NCBI GenBank assembly: GCA_011364985.1
Contig: RDOC01000002.1
Coordinates: 96,001-160,000, forward strand
Direction of reading: 5' to 3'
Length of the DNA stretch: 64,000 bases
Origin: Candidatus Thorarchaeota archaeon
Lineage (GTDB): Archaea; Asgardarchaeota; Thorarchaeia; Thorarchaeales; Thorarchaeaceae
A model generated the notes under the pieces. That model ran no database searches. It was not told where the DNA came from and saw only the letters and a list, made by a program, of their open reading frames with translations. Position numbers and translations under genes: made by a program. Numbering within the stretch: the first letter of the stretch is position 1; every line of letters starts with the position of its first letter. This document shows, one piece after another, positions 38,606 through 49,341 of this stretch.

Positions 38606-39001
38606 CTACCTACGCCTTAGTTTCAATATTGCTGCAGCCAAATCTCCACCAGTATCCTTCAATGCCTGCAATGCGACTTCAATGTTAACACCTGTTTGAC
38701 TGGCCACAAGTGCTGCATCTTCCATTGGCACTTCAATCCTCTTTACCGGTTCTATTTCTTTCTCATCAATTTCTCCCTTAGTAAGAGCACGTTCGGAACG
38801 GATGCCAGAAACTTGGAAGGACTCAGTCCCTGACTGTTTAATCATAATGACCTGAGGATCATCAAGTACCCATTCTTTGTCATAAAAGCGAAATATCACC
38901 TCTTCGACGCCGGTAACTTCACTCTGTTCAATTCCCATCTGCTTCATCATTCGGGTAAGGCTACGAGATGAAACTCTACTAGATCTTCGGCCCATGTACA
39001 A
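38606..39001 (-). CDS. nac: Nascent polypeptide-associated complex protein
   Basis: RMMKQMGI, VEEVI, C-terminal UBA-like LVASQTGV...GDLAAAILKL. Confidence 0.9.
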   Translation of the reverse strand: MYMGRRSSRVSSRSLTRMMKQMGIEQSEVTGVEEVIFRFYDKEWVLDDPQVIMIKQSGTESFQVSGIRSERALTKGEIDEKEIEPVKRIEVPMEDAALVASQTGVNIEVALQALKDTGGDLAAAILKLRRR

Positions 39002-39070
39002 TTCCTCGAAATGCGATTCAATACCTTTGACAAAGATAGATACTTGAGCGATAGATAAAACGATTTTGTT

Positions 39071-39907
39071 TCACACCCGACCTTTTCGAGAGAGAACAAT
39101 GTCAAAGACATAATGTTTCACAGACGGTGCATAATTCTTAATCATAGTTATCGAAATAGATGGAAGAAAATCATGTCCAGAGCATACATCTTCTACATGC
39201 TTCACAATCTCTTCCTTGTTGTCTTCTTGTTGTGCAATATGCATATGCACAATACCCCCGCTCTTCTTTAAAGCACTAATTGCATAGCCAAGAAAGCAAT
39301 TCGTATCATGCAAGTATCCCATGACTACCCTATCCACATTTTCATCGGGCTGGAATTCCTTGCAATCTCCTAAGAATGGTTTCACCTTTTGTTCAACCTT
39401 GTTGAGTCTGATGTTTTCAAGAAGAAAATCGTATGCTACAGGGTTGATCTCTGTTGCATAGACTTTTCTTGCATTATTCATGGCAATTGGAATTGAGAAC
39501 TGACCAACACAAGCAAACATATCGAAAACAGTTTCTCCGGGTCGAGTAATTGAAGCCATTCTGATTCTTTCTTGTATATTTCCTCCAGAAAAAGTCAGGA
39601 CAAGTGGGTCAAGTTTGTACTTCACTCCCCCTTCCGTATGTATAACAATAGTATCTTGTATTCCTGCCACTATCATATAATTAGGATGTCTCTCTACTCC
39701 AACTGTCGGTCCAGTTCTTATTGCAACAGAACGAATTCTATTATCATACTGAAGTGTTGCTTCCCCTATTTCTTTTGAATATTTCATAAGTTCCCTTTTT
39801 ATTTGCAATAGGGCAACATGTCCTACGAGATGGTATCCTGAAGGTAAGGATTCGATGTTTGAAATAGCTCCTGCTAACCGATGTTCAATAAATTCTCTGT
39901 ATCTCAT
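39071..39907 (-). CDS. Trm5/Taw2-family SAM-dependent tRNA modification enzyme
   Basis: FSGGNIQER, VFDMFACVGQFSI, EINP, DRVVMGY. Confidence 0.85.
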   Translation of the reverse strand: MRYREFIEHRLAGAISNIESLPSGYHLVGHVALLQIKRELMKYSKEIGEATLQYDNRIRSVAIRTGPTVGVERHPNYMIVAGIQDTIVIHTEGGVKYKLDPLVLTFSGGNIQERIRMASITRPGETVFDMFACVGQFSIPIAMNNARKVYATEINPVAYDFLLENIRLNKVEQKVKPFLGDCKEFQPDENVDRVVMGYLHDTNCFLGYAISALKKSGGIVHMHIAQQEDNKEEIVKHVEDVCSGHDFLPSISITMIKNYAPSVKHYVFDIVLSRKGRV

Positions 39908-39944
39908 TTCCAGCCCGAGCGTGTAATATTTGTATTGCTATTTC

Positions 39945-41147
39945 CTAGCAATAAAGACTACTAGGAGCTTGATCTCCCTTTCCACGGCTCTGCAACTTCC
40001 CAATGGCTTTGCTGAAGTCTTCACTTGTAACACATATTCTACTGTCACGAATGGCAAACATTCCCGCTTCTGTGCAAATTGCCTTGATATCTGCGCCTGT
40101 CAAGTTATGAGTTGCAGAAACTAATCTACCAAAGTCAACGTTTTCGTGAAGATTCATTCCTCGAGTATGAATCTTAAATATCTCACCCCTGCTTTCATCA
40201 TCTGGTGTTGGAAACTCAATTATTCTGTCGAAGCGCCCTGGTCGCAACAGAGCAGGGTCCAAGATATCTGGCCGATTTGTTGCTCCAAGTACAGCAACCT
40301 GCCCTCGATTTTCAAACCCATCTAATTCGCTCAGGAGTTGCATAAGCGTCCGCTGAACTTCTCTGTCACCTGATGTGGCAATATCCAAACGATGGGAACC
40401 AACAGCGTCAAGTTCATCAACGAATACTATTGCAGGAGCTTTTTCTTTGGCCAACATAAATATCTCACGCACAAGCCTAGCTCCTTCACCAATAAATTTC
40501 TGCACAAGCTCTGATCCTATAACGCGAATAAATGTAGCATTTGTTTCGTGTGCTACAGCTCTGGCACATAGAGTTTTTCCGGTACCAGGGGGTCCTGTCA
40601 ATAACACTCCCTTTGGAGGTTCAATTCCAACCTGAGCAAATAGGTCCGGTTTTAATAGAGGCAGTTCAACAGTTTCACGAATTTCTCTAAGCTGATCCTT
40701 AAGACCACCTATATCTGCGAAGGATACATCAGGCGCTTCTTCAATTTCCATAGCTCGAATCATTGGATCCTTTGGCGGAGGCAATTCTTGCGTTACGGCA
40801 AATGAACGTTGGTTCAGCGCTACACGCATTCCAGGCTGCATACGTTCTTTTGGAATTGAGGAATGAACATGAACAACGAAGTTCGGTCCTGTAGAACTCT
40901 TAACGATGGCTCGGCCATCCTCTAATATTTCAATGACTGATGCTGTAATGAGAGGTGATTGTCTGAGTTTCTCAAGCTCTGTTCTCAGAGTTTGATTATC
41001 CTTTTCAAGTCGACTTCTTTCGGCTTGAAGTATCTGTTTCTCAGTTTCCAAAGCACGAAGCCGTCGTTCGAGATGCCGGGTGTAATTCTGAGTATAAGTA
41101 GTATCTTCGATGCTTCCTTCTTTCTTAGCATCAGTCGTCCCTGGCAA
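39945..41147 (-). CDS. pan: Proteasome-activating nucleotidase
   Basis: Coiled coil plus OB domain, GPPGTGKT, FVDELD, ALLRPGRFDR, C-terminal HbYX (LYC). Confidence 0.96.
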   Translation of the reverse strand: MPGTTDAKKEGSIEDTTYTQNYTRHLERRLRALETEKQILQAERSRLEKDNQTLRTELEKLRQSPLITASVIEILEDGRAIVKSSTGPNFVVHVHSSIPKERMQPGMRVALNQRSFAVTQELPPPKDPMIRAMEIEEAPDVSFADIGGLKDQLREIRETVELPLLKPDLFAQVGIEPPKGVLLTGPPGTGKTLCARAVAHETNATFIRVIGSELVQKFIGEGARLVREIFMLAKEKAPAIVFVDELDAVGSHRLDIATSGDREVQRTLMQLLSELDGFENRGQVAVLGATNRPDILDPALLRPGRFDRIIEFPTPDDESRGEIFKIHTRGMNLHENVDFGRLVSATHNLTGADIKAICTEAGMFAIRDSRICVTSEDFSKAIGKLQSRGKGDQAPSSLYC

Positions 41148-41329
41148 TCCTTGTCACCTCACGCCTCAATCTGCTAACTAGTGTTTTAAGGGTTGCTAAC
41201 AGCTCTCTAAGGCCTAAGCAAAGTCGAACATTCATCAGACAGGAGTTGAATGAATTAGTTTATATCTTCAGTATCACAATATCTCGAAGGCTTGGTATAT
41301 GTCCAAAGATGATTATTAGACACCAAGAC

Positions 41330-41530
41330 TCGCATGGTCACACTATGTCAGGACTCTTGGCAACTATCAAGGAGTTCTACTCATGTCTGTCTGTGTGTAC
41401 TGCCATGAGTATGATGAACACTTTCATGCTGATGTGGATGCTGCAAGGAATACAATGTATATTCAAGAGCCCACTACCGTTTGTGGACGGACTGCTTATA
41501 CTTCATGTCCAAGTTTGTCCAACTTACAAT
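41330..41530 (+). pseudogene. Degenerate remnant of an IS200/IS605 TnpB C-terminus
   Basis: CVYC...FHADVDAARN resembles the TnpB zinc finger / RuvC-III motif CxxC...HADxNAAxNI; no intact upstream RuvC; boundaries approximate. Confidence 0.5.
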
Positions 41531-41632
41531 TAATGGTTACTTTGAAATCAGTCACCTATTTCTATTTCCTATTGTCTTGCCAGTCGACAACTTTTATCTT
41601 CATTCCCACTATTCTCAAAATGTGAATTAAAG

Positions 41633-42205
41633 ATGCACAGCTGCGAGCTTTGTGGACGAAACATGAAAGGCCGAGGCAGACGTATCGAAATAGAAGGAGC
41701 ATCAATAATCGTTTGTCCACAATGTGCCTCAAAGTTCGGAAGTCCCTCATCTGATACCGACCCCAAATCGTCTTACGTGGCAACTCGCCCGTCATGGATA
41801 GGTCCTCCTGAGAAGAAGCCTACCTCCGCGTCTCGATCACCATCGTCTCCACCAAGGAAACCAAGTGCAAAGCCAGCTCCCAGAAGAGGTGTTCTCTTGG
41901 ATGATTTGATGCTAATCGAAAATTACGACAAGGTCATCAGAACTGCAAGACAAAAAATGGGTGTTAGTCAAGAAGAATTGGCTCAAAAAGTCGGTGAACG
42001 CATTTCCACTCTTCAGGCTATCGAAACCGGAAGACAAAAGCCAAACAATAAGACAATACGAGGACTTGAAAGAGAGCTTGGAATTTCTCTGCTTGAACCC
42101 ATTGACCCTGTCTCTATCAAGGCAGCACGAGGCATTTCAACTGGTAGTCCAACTCTTGGCGACAGAGTCGTTGTGAAACGGAAGAAGCCAAAGAAACTAG
42201 ACTAG
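41633..42205 (+). CDS. mbf1: Archaeal multiprotein bridging factor 1
   Basis: CELCG...VCPQC zinc ribbon, Cro-HTH SQEELAQKV, PTLGD tail. Confidence 0.9.
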   Translation: MHSCELCGRNMKGRGRRIEIEGASIIVCPQCASKFGSPSSDTDPKSSYVATRPSWIGPPEKKPTSASRSPSSPPRKPSAKPAPRRGVLLDDLMLIENYDKVIRTARQKMGVSQEELAQKVGERISTLQAIETGRQKPNNKTIRGLERELGISLLEPIDPVSIKAARGISTGSPTLGDRVVVKRKKPKKLD

Positions 42206-42329
42206 AAAAACCTCAAACGAAGTGAATATATAGTATCTAGACATATAATAGTATGAGTGACAATTTCCAGACGCTGGAGTTCCGTTCCCAACACATATTC
42301 AGTGGACTAACTAAATCCCGCTCATCTAG

Positions 42330-42869
42330 GTGAACACTTCAATGGTACATTCAGGATTCAATAATGATCTCTTCCGTCTCGTTGTAGAAGAAATATCTGG
42401 TAAGGAAGGAGTGGACGTAGCATCTGTTCTAGTGAATGCAGAAGAAACCACTGATGAAGAAATTGCCACCAAGACCGACCTAAAGCTGAATATAGTTCGA
42501 CGAATTCTGTACAAATTACATGATAATCATCTTGCTTCCTATCGCCGAATCCGCGATACTAATACAGGATGGTTTCTATACTATTGGAGAATCGACCCCA
42601 AGAAGGCTCAGGCGCTCGTAAATCGCAAGAAAAGAATGGTTCTAGGTCTCTTGGAACAGAGACTGGATCACGAAACGAGCAATGACCTTTATGCCTGCGT
42701 GAACCGTGATTCTTCACCAGTCCCTTTTGAAGAGGCTATGAATTTGTCATTCCGGTGTCCAACATGCAATGAACAGCTTGAATATGTTGACAATAGCAAA
42801 GCAATCAGTTTTCTGAAGAAACGAGTTGAGGAACTGAAGGCAGACCTAAATGCAACTTCAACATCGTGA
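42330..42869 (+). CDS. tfe: Transcription factor E (TFIIE alpha homolog)
   Basis: TDEEIA, VRRILYKL, GWFLYYW, FRCPTC zinc ribbon. Confidence 0.93.
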   Translation: MNTSMVHSGFNNDLFRLVVEEISGKEGVDVASVLVNAEETTDEEIATKTDLKLNIVRRILYKLHDNHLASYRRIRDTNTGWFLYYWRIDPKKAQALVNRKKRMVLGLLEQRLDHETSNDLYACVNRDSSPVPFEEAMNLSFRCPTCNEQLEYVDNSKAISFLKKRVEELKADLNATSTS

Positions 42870-42942
42870 AACAGCAATCAGACATTACATATATCAATAG
42901 ATTTCGAGAATTGCGTTTGGCGCGGACTGGAGGAGTTTTCCA

Positions 42943-43704
42943 ATGGAGTTCTCTCTAAAGACACACATCTACGGTTCTTATCAAAAGAGAATTCTGCAAT
43001 CTATACGTTCAGAAGTAATGGGGATGATCGCAAATCTTGATTGCAATCTCTTAGGACTGCGAACAGATAGAAGAGGGCTCATTGTCATTGAGCTGGAAGG
43101 AAGAGATAGCGAATTTGTTTCCAACGTCCTACAAAAAGAATATGGAACTATTCCAAAATTAGATGAGATACAGCCCGGATTTCACACAAGGGGGTACTTG
43201 ATCGACGTAGGAAAAGTAGGCTATGGTCTTTATGTTGACATTGGCATAACTACTTCACGCCAAATGGATGCCTTAATTCCTCTTCACAGACTACGAGAAC
43301 AGCTGCTCTTGCCTGAAGCATCACTAAGAAGCATTGCAAAAAAGATCATTCTAGTTGATAACCTACCCGTTGACATCGAAATTCTGAATACCGATTTTGC
43401 AAGACAGAGAATAGAAGCAGAATTTGAGCAGACCTTTCTTGATCGTTTGAATAATTGGATTGCAGATGATCATGAACGACTATTAGTCCTTGGTTCTACA
43501 CTTGACATGGTTGAAAACACACTCGTTAGATCTGGCCATAGGGAAGACATCTACCAAATCGAAAAGCTTGGAATCTTTGAATACTCCCTCCGATGTAAGA
43601 GAAGTACAAGGGCCTTTGGAATACTTGCAGCTATTGGCCCAAGAATGAGAGGTATTCCTATGCATTTATTCATTCCAAGTGAAATTGAGGCGGCAAGAAA
43701 ATGA
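42943..43704 (+). CDS. DUF2110-like protein
   Basis: GKVGYGLYVDIG motif; typical neighbour of tfe. Confidence 0.75.
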   Translation: MEFSLKTHIYGSYQKRILQSIRSEVMGMIANLDCNLLGLRTDRRGLIVIELEGRDSEFVSNVLQKEYGTIPKLDEIQPGFHTRGYLIDVGKVGYGLYVDIGITTSRQMDALIPLHRLREQLLLPEASLRSIAKKIILVDNLPVDIEILNTDFARQRIEAEFEQTFLDRLNNWIADDHERLLVLGSTLDMVENTLVRSGHREDIYQIEKLGIFEYSLRCKRSTRAFGILAAIGPRMRGIPMHLFIPSEIEAARK

Positions 43705-44375
43705 CAAGACTGGACCTATGGCTCGTTCAAAACAAGCACTTCTCATCACGTCAGGCAGCAAAACGGGCTATTCATCAAGGACTTGTTACGATAGATGGAG
43801 TAAAAGCAAAACCATCCACACAGGTGTCAGGAACAGAGGGCATTGAAGTTTCTGATACAGCACTTAATTTTCCCATCGGATACTCCAAGCTCGAATTTCT
43901 GCATAGGACGGTATCACATCTTATCACACCTCAAACTCAAGCATTAGATATTGGAAGCTCAGCTGGAGGTTTTCTACGCTACCTTGCAGAGAATTGTAGC
44001 CATGTAACAGGTATTGAAATCTCAGATGAATTCATGGATGCATTGCAAGAAATCACTCAACAGCATGACACTGTTTCGGTTTTGATAGATAACGCCTTTG
44101 CTCTTGATCCGAGCATAATCTCTCAACAGAGTACTCTTGATCTTCTACTAATTGATGTTACAACAGGGCTTGAAGGGACCATAAAGCTGATCGAAAAGTA
44201 CTCATCACTTCTAGTAAGCGAGGGTTGGCTTGTCGCAGCATTCAAAGCGGTTCCTTCTCCAAATATCATTTCTGATATAGTGAATAAAGTAGAGAATCTT
44301 GAATTTCACGATGTAAAAGGTATCGTAATACAAGTATCACGCAAAGAATTTCATGTAGTTGGAAGGCGACACTAA
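43701..44375 (+). CDS. S4-domain RNA methyltransferase (TlyA-like)
   Basis: RLDLWLV...SRQAAKRAI S4 domain, LDIGSSAGGF SAM motif. Confidence 0.85.
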   Translation: MTRLDLWLVQNKHFSSRQAAKRAIHQGLVTIDGVKAKPSTQVSGTEGIEVSDTALNFPIGYSKLEFLHRTVSHLITPQTQALDIGSSAGGFLRYLAENCSHVTGIEISDEFMDALQEITQQHDTVSVLIDNAFALDPSIISQQSTLDLLLIDVTTGLEGTIKLIEKYSSLLVSEGWLVAAFKAVPSPNIISDIVNKVENLEFHDVKGIVIQVSRKEFHVVGRRH

Positions 44376-44413
44376 GCAATTCTTTTATTGGGATTGATTA
44401 AACCCCAGCATTA

Positions 44414-44523
44414 GGGGCGGTGGTCTAGCCCGGCTATGATGTCTCGCTTACACCGAGAAGCCACTGAAGCCTTACGCTCTTTGGACTCGAAGGTCGCTGG
44501 TTCGAATCCGGCCCGCCCCACCA
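44414..44523 (+). tRNA. tRNA-Val(TAC) with a 32-nt intron at 44/45 (44460-44491)
   Basis: GGGGCGG/CCGCCCC acceptor, TCTCG-CTTACAC-CGAGA; BHB/BHL helix CGAG/CTCG with AAG bulges restores the AGGTC variable loop. Confidence 0.9.
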
Positions 44524-44631
44524 TTTCTCTACATGCAGCGAGTTCCTACAAGGAATCAATAGGATCAAGAAGAGCGGATCGGAATTGCCGGGAGTAACCA
44601 AGCCTGATCAAAGGCGAAGAACTTGGATTTC

Positions 44632-45499
44632 TCATCGATATGCTCTTTTCAACTCGGCTGCAAGTTTTGCATCTAGAGTCCTTAGTTTATATGATATGCC
44701 AAATGATGGTCTTCTTATTCGAATAATGACCATAAAGCTTACCAAGGCTAGGAAACTAAGGCCTACGAATAATGGAACTGTGGGAAGGCTTATTCTCTCA
44801 AAGGCTGCATTCTCTACACTAAAGCGTATGGTTTTTGGTTGTTCATTATCACATATATCTGTCACTTTAATAGTTATGTAGTAACTGCCATTATCCATCT
44901 CGATTGCATCAAGAATAAAGATGGTAGAATTTCCTTCAATGTAATATACATTCCATCTATATGGGTCAAACGAATTGGGATAGCTAAAGGCACATATTGT
45001 ACATTCAATTGAATCAATACCAACTTTGTGTACGCGGCATCAAAATTCCAAATTCCTGATAGCACATCATCATCATTGACATTGCATTCTATTGTGGGTT
45101 CGACCAAATCAATATAGAGTTCTGTGTTCATTGTTTGTGCCGTGCAAGCATCATCTGTGTTATCAAAGACCAGATACCAACGAATGCCTGACCACCTGCC
45201 ACCATAGCTGAGAAACTCATGCTCACCACTAGTCACATCTTCTTGAAATTCACAGGCTTCAATTTCATGACCATCTGTCCAGTGATTGAATTCAGTTTCA
45301 TTGCAGATGAAAAACGTTATTCCTGTTCCATTTACAATTCGAATTGACCAAACAGACCCATGTAATTCTTGCTGGACGTATACCACGTCCAAGTTTCATA
45401 TTTCTCAGGCAGAATATACAGTGATTGAAGGGCACAAATCCCCGGGACTTGGAAAAATACAAGTAAAATGATTAAAAGGAAGATGACAGCTTTTCTCAA
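44632..45499 (-). pseudogene. Frameshifted gene for a secreted, C-terminally anchored protein
   Basis: Signal peptide fragment from TTG 45499 (GGAG SD), middle fragment 44874-45392 and TM-tail fragment 44632-44898 in different frames. Confidence 0.6.
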
Positions 45500-45813
45500 C
45501 TCAGTCACTCCATTACATCTAGAATTGTATTCTCTCGGAATGGCATTAAGGTTATCCCTGTGTGATACATTTCGCTGTCAAAGCTACTCAACTGTTGTTC
45601 CTTCTGTCTAAAATAACAAGACAAATGGCAACTGAAATCACAAGTTATTCTTCAATTGCTCAAATGCCAAAGACAGGTCAAAGAGCCTCTACTCATAAAT
45701 CTCCGTTATTATTGTTCAGAATTCCCATGTATTAGACTAGAATATGTATTATTGAGTTCAGGAACCTTAAAAGCCGAATCAATTCTAACCCGAAGCAAGA
45801 TACTAAGAAAAGC

Positions 45814-45934
45814 GCGGAAGTAGCCAAGCCAGGCCAAAGGCGCCAGACTTAAGATCGTATGTACAGTGGGGTCATACGAAGAGGACATCTGGTCTGGAAG
45901 CAGTTCGTGGGATCGAAGCCCACCTTCCGCACCA
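45814..45934 (+). tRNA. tRNA-Leu(TAA) with a canonical 37/38 intron (45854-45886)
   Basis: GCGGAAG/CTTCCGC acceptor, CCAGA-CTTAAGA-TCTGG after splicing, long variable arm; atypical T-loop ATCGAAG. Confidence 0.88.
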
Positions 45935-45993
45935 TTCTCTTCTTTTGACTATCGAGATAGTCTTATCCGAGCTCTTGCAACGAGAAATCAGGA

Positions 45994-47322
45994 GTGATGG
46001 CCATGGGCTATAGAAATCTTGAATTCCCAGACGATTTCCTTTGGGGAAGTGCTGCTTCTGCTCATCAGACAGAAGGTGGTAACCATAACAGCTGGAGCGA
46101 ATGGGAGAAAATTCCCGGGAAGATTAAGGACGGTTCAAACGCTGACATAGCATGTGATCACTACAACAGATACAAAGACGACTTTGACTTAGCAAAGGAA
46201 CTGGGTCATCAGATTCACCGTTTTTCCATAGAATGGAGCCGAATTGAGCCAAACCAAGGAAGATGGAATGATAGCGAACTCGGGCATTACGAGTCCGTTA
46301 TCAAAACCTTACTAGAACGAAATATCAAGCCAATGATGACCCTTCATCATTTTGCAAACCCAATTTGGTTTCGAGATATGGATGCATGGCTTAATCCCGA
46401 GAGTCCTGAATTGTTTGGCAAGTATGCGAGAAAAGCCGCCGAGGTTTTTTCCAAGTACAACCTCATATGGAACACCATTAACGAACCCATGGTAGTAGCA
46501 ACACTTGGTCATCTATTCGGAGAGTTTCCCCCTGGTTACAAGGATTTCAACAAGACAATTACTGCGACAATGAATATGCTAAAGGCGCATGGCCAAGCGG
46601 CCATGAATATTCGGGAAGTATACGATGAAAAGGGATTGGAACAACCATTAATTGCCCCTGTTCTCAGCGTTAGTTACTTCATGCCAGCAAATGCGGATAA
46701 CAAAGAAGATGTCGAACTTGCGAACTATTTAGATAATTTGTATAATCAAGAATGGATTCGGGGCGCAGTAACAGGAATTATCCCCGACCTAGATGGAAAT
46801 GGCGAGCGGTATACTCCACTCGAGAACTCCGTGGATTTCATCGGGCTCAACTATTACAGCCGCCAAGTCGTATCGTCAGAATTAGATTATCTGGCGGGTG
46901 AGATGGCACCAAGAAACCCGAATCTTGAACGATGCGAAGGATTGGACTGGGAGGTATATCCCCAAGGATACTACCCAATCATCAAATCATACTGGGACAA
47001 TTATAGAAAACCAATCTTCCTAACGGAGAATGGAATTGGTACCCTTGATGATATGCTAAAGCAGAGATACATTGTGAGTCATCTCCAACAAGTATATCGT
47101 GCCATAGAAGATAAAGTGGATATTCGTGGTTATCTTGTATGGAGTTTAACAGACAACTTTGAATGGACTCAAGGATACAGTAGCCATTTCGGACTAGTGG
47201 AGATTGACTATAAAACCCAAGAGCGACATTCTCGGAATAGTGCCTTCATGTATAGAGATATAATACGGAATAATGGCCTGACTGAGGAGCTACAACAGCG
47301 CATTTTGTCAAATTGGAGATGA
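45994..47322 (+). CDS. Glycoside hydrolase family 1 beta-glucosidase/galactosidase
   Basis: FPDDFLWG, RFSIEWSRI, TINEP acid/base, TENG nucleophile, DNFEW. Confidence 0.95.
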   Translation: MMAMGYRNLEFPDDFLWGSAASAHQTEGGNHNSWSEWEKIPGKIKDGSNADIACDHYNRYKDDFDLAKELGHQIHRFSIEWSRIEPNQGRWNDSELGHYESVIKTLLERNIKPMMTLHHFANPIWFRDMDAWLNPESPELFGKYARKAAEVFSKYNLIWNTINEPMVVATLGHLFGEFPPGYKDFNKTITATMNMLKAHGQAAMNIREVYDEKGLEQPLIAPVLSVSYFMPANADNKEDVELANYLDNLYNQEWIRGAVTGIIPDLDGNGERYTPLENSVDFIGLNYYSRQVVSSELDYLAGEMAPRNPNLERCEGLDWEVYPQGYYPIIKSYWDNYRKPIFLTENGIGTLDDMLKQRYIVSHLQQVYRAIEDKVDIRGYLVWSLTDNFEWTQGYSSHFGLVEIDYKTQERHSRNSAFMYRDIIRNNGLTEELQQRILSNWR

Positions 47323-47332
47323 TTGAATCGTT

Positions 47333-47893
47333 ATGCCTCTACAATCTCTCTTGTCTGCAATCGGTATTGTCTTTGTCACAGAGATTGCTGACAAAACCAT
47401 GCTAACTACACTATGCTTGAGCGCTCAATATAGAAGACCTTTAGTTGTCTTACTTGCAACAATGCTAGCTCTATTATTGGCATCCATAATCGCAGTTGTT
47501 ATTGGAACCCTTTTGGCATTATCACTTCCAGCTGACCTAATTCTTCTCATCTCAGCAGGACTGTTTCTTATAATGGGTATCCACTCCTTTGTAAAGAGTA
47601 TTCCAGAGGAAGATGCCTGCAGACAACCAACAACCTTTCTTAGCATGATTTCTCTTGTCTTAGTTTCCGAACTCGGTGACAAAAGCCAACTTGCAATTTT
47701 AGCATTGGCAGCACAGTCTCAATTCCCATTATTCATACTTTTCGGATCAATTGCTGGCTTTTTCATAGTGAATCTCATTGGAGCCTTTGCAGGTGACAGA
47801 GCTGCAAACCGTTTACCAATACAACTTATCAACAAAGCAACCGGAGCAATATTCATCATTTTTGCAATTCTCATTATGCTGAATATTCTCTAA
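47333..47893 (+). CDS. TMEM165/GDT1 (UPF0016) Ca/Mn transporter
   Basis: Two E-x-G/A-D-K motifs (EIADKT, ELGDKSQ), six TM helices. Confidence 0.9.
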   Translation: MPLQSLLSAIGIVFVTEIADKTMLTTLCLSAQYRRPLVVLLATMLALLLASIIAVVIGTLLALSLPADLILLISAGLFLIMGIHSFVKSIPEEDACRQPTTFLSMISLVLVSELGDKSQLAILALAAQSQFPLFILFGSIAGFFIVNLIGAFAGDRAANRLPIQLINKATGAIFIIFAILIMLNIL

Positions 47894-47985
47894 ATGGTTA
47901 GAGTATTAGCATATCATGAATTTGGCGAAGACTTTATGACCGAGCCAGAGAGAAGAAGCCTTGCTTCCTTTAAGGTGAGATAGTC

Positions 47986-49341
47986 TTGGGATTAGAAATC
48001 TCTGGTTATAGCGGACTTGTTCTCGAAAAACTTGTATCAATAAATGCGAAAATCGGTGACCTCGTCATAATCAGGTATAATGGCAGTGAATATAGTGGGA
48101 TTTTGATGCCACGTGCACAAATTGGTAGCGATTCAAATCATATCGTGATTAAGCTTTCAAGCGGCTACAATATTGGAATCAAACTATCATCCAGCTCAGA
48201 AGTTGCACTATTAAAACGTGGAAAACGGAAGAAGAAAACCGTTGCAGATAAACCTCCAGAAATCAATTCCAACCTCCCGAATGTATCAATTCTGAGCACT
48301 GGTGGGACAATTGCAAGCAAAGTTGACTATCAAACAGGTGCAGTAAATCCGGCACTGTCAGCCCAAGACTTTTATGATACCGTTCCGGAGCTAAGAGTAC
48401 ATGCCGATGTTAAGGCTAAAGTACTGATGAGTGCACTCTCAGAAAATATTCACCCTACGGATTGGACAAGAATAGCAAAAGCCGTTGCATCGGAAATACG
48501 AAAAGGAACTGATGGCATTGTTATTGCCCATGGTACCGACACCATGGCATTCACTTCTGCTGCCCTTTCTTTTGCATTACAGAACTTACCAGTTCCAGTT
48601 GCGTTAGTAGGCTCACAGAGGTCTTCCGATAGACCATCTTCCGATTCTGCCATGAATCTTATCCGAGCCACAGACTTGGTGGGAAGAATAGATGCAGCTG
48701 AAGTTATGGTTGTTATGCATGGAGAAACGGATGATAGCTTCGCCTATGCGCATCGTGGAACGCGAGTAAGAAAGAGTCACACCAGTAGAAGGGACGCTTT
48801 CCAATCACCAAACTTCTATCCACTCTTTAAAATCACTTCTTCAAACTTTGAGGAAATCTCTCTACCATTATTGCGTCGTGACTCGAAAAGAAAGTTAAAG
48901 ATGAAGGCATCATTTGAAGATAGAGTAGGCATGATACGAACGCACCCAGGAATCAAAGCATCATTAATCGAATCGCTAATCGAATCTGATTACAAGGGCA
49001 TAGTAATCGAGGGAAGTGGACTTGGACATGTTCCTCAAGTTCTTCAAAGTGCCATAAAGCGAGCAATCGATTCCGAAATTATTGTCGCAATGACCAGCCA
49101 GTGTATTTCTGGGCGGGTGGACATGAATGTCTACCGAACAGGTGTTGAGCTACTTGAGATGGGTGTATTGCCATGTGAAGATATGCTAACTGAAACTGCA
49201 CTTGTCAAACTCATGTGGGCTCTTGCCAATTTTAAGAATATTCAGGACGTGCGAACAATGATGCTGACACCTCTCGTGGGAGAGATATCTATGCGTAGTG
49301 AAATGGCTCAGTATACTCGAATTGGACGTGAGAAAGAATGA
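47986..49341 (+). CDS. gatD: Glu-tRNA(Gln) amidotransferase subunit D
   Basis: KLSSGYNIG, STGGTIAS, HGTDTM, GSQRSSDRPSSD. Confidence 0.95.
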   Translation: MGLEISGYSGLVLEKLVSINAKIGDLVIIRYNGSEYSGILMPRAQIGSDSNHIVIKLSSGYNIGIKLSSSSEVALLKRGKRKKKTVADKPPEINSNLPNVSILSTGGTIASKVDYQTGAVNPALSAQDFYDTVPELRVHADVKAKVLMSALSENIHPTDWTRIAKAVASEIRKGTDGIVIAHGTDTMAFTSAALSFALQNLPVPVALVGSQRSSDRPSSDSAMNLIRATDLVGRIDAAEVMVVMHGETDDSFAYAHRGTRVRKSHTSRRDAFQSPNFYPLFKITSSNFEEISLPLLRRDSKRKLKMKASFEDRVGMIRTHPGIKASLIESLIESDYKGIVIEGSGLGHVPQVLQSAIKRAIDSEIIVAMTSQCISGRVDMNVYRTGVELLEMGVLPCEDMLTETALVKLMWALANFKNIQDVRTMMLTPLVGEISMRSEMAQYTRIGREKE

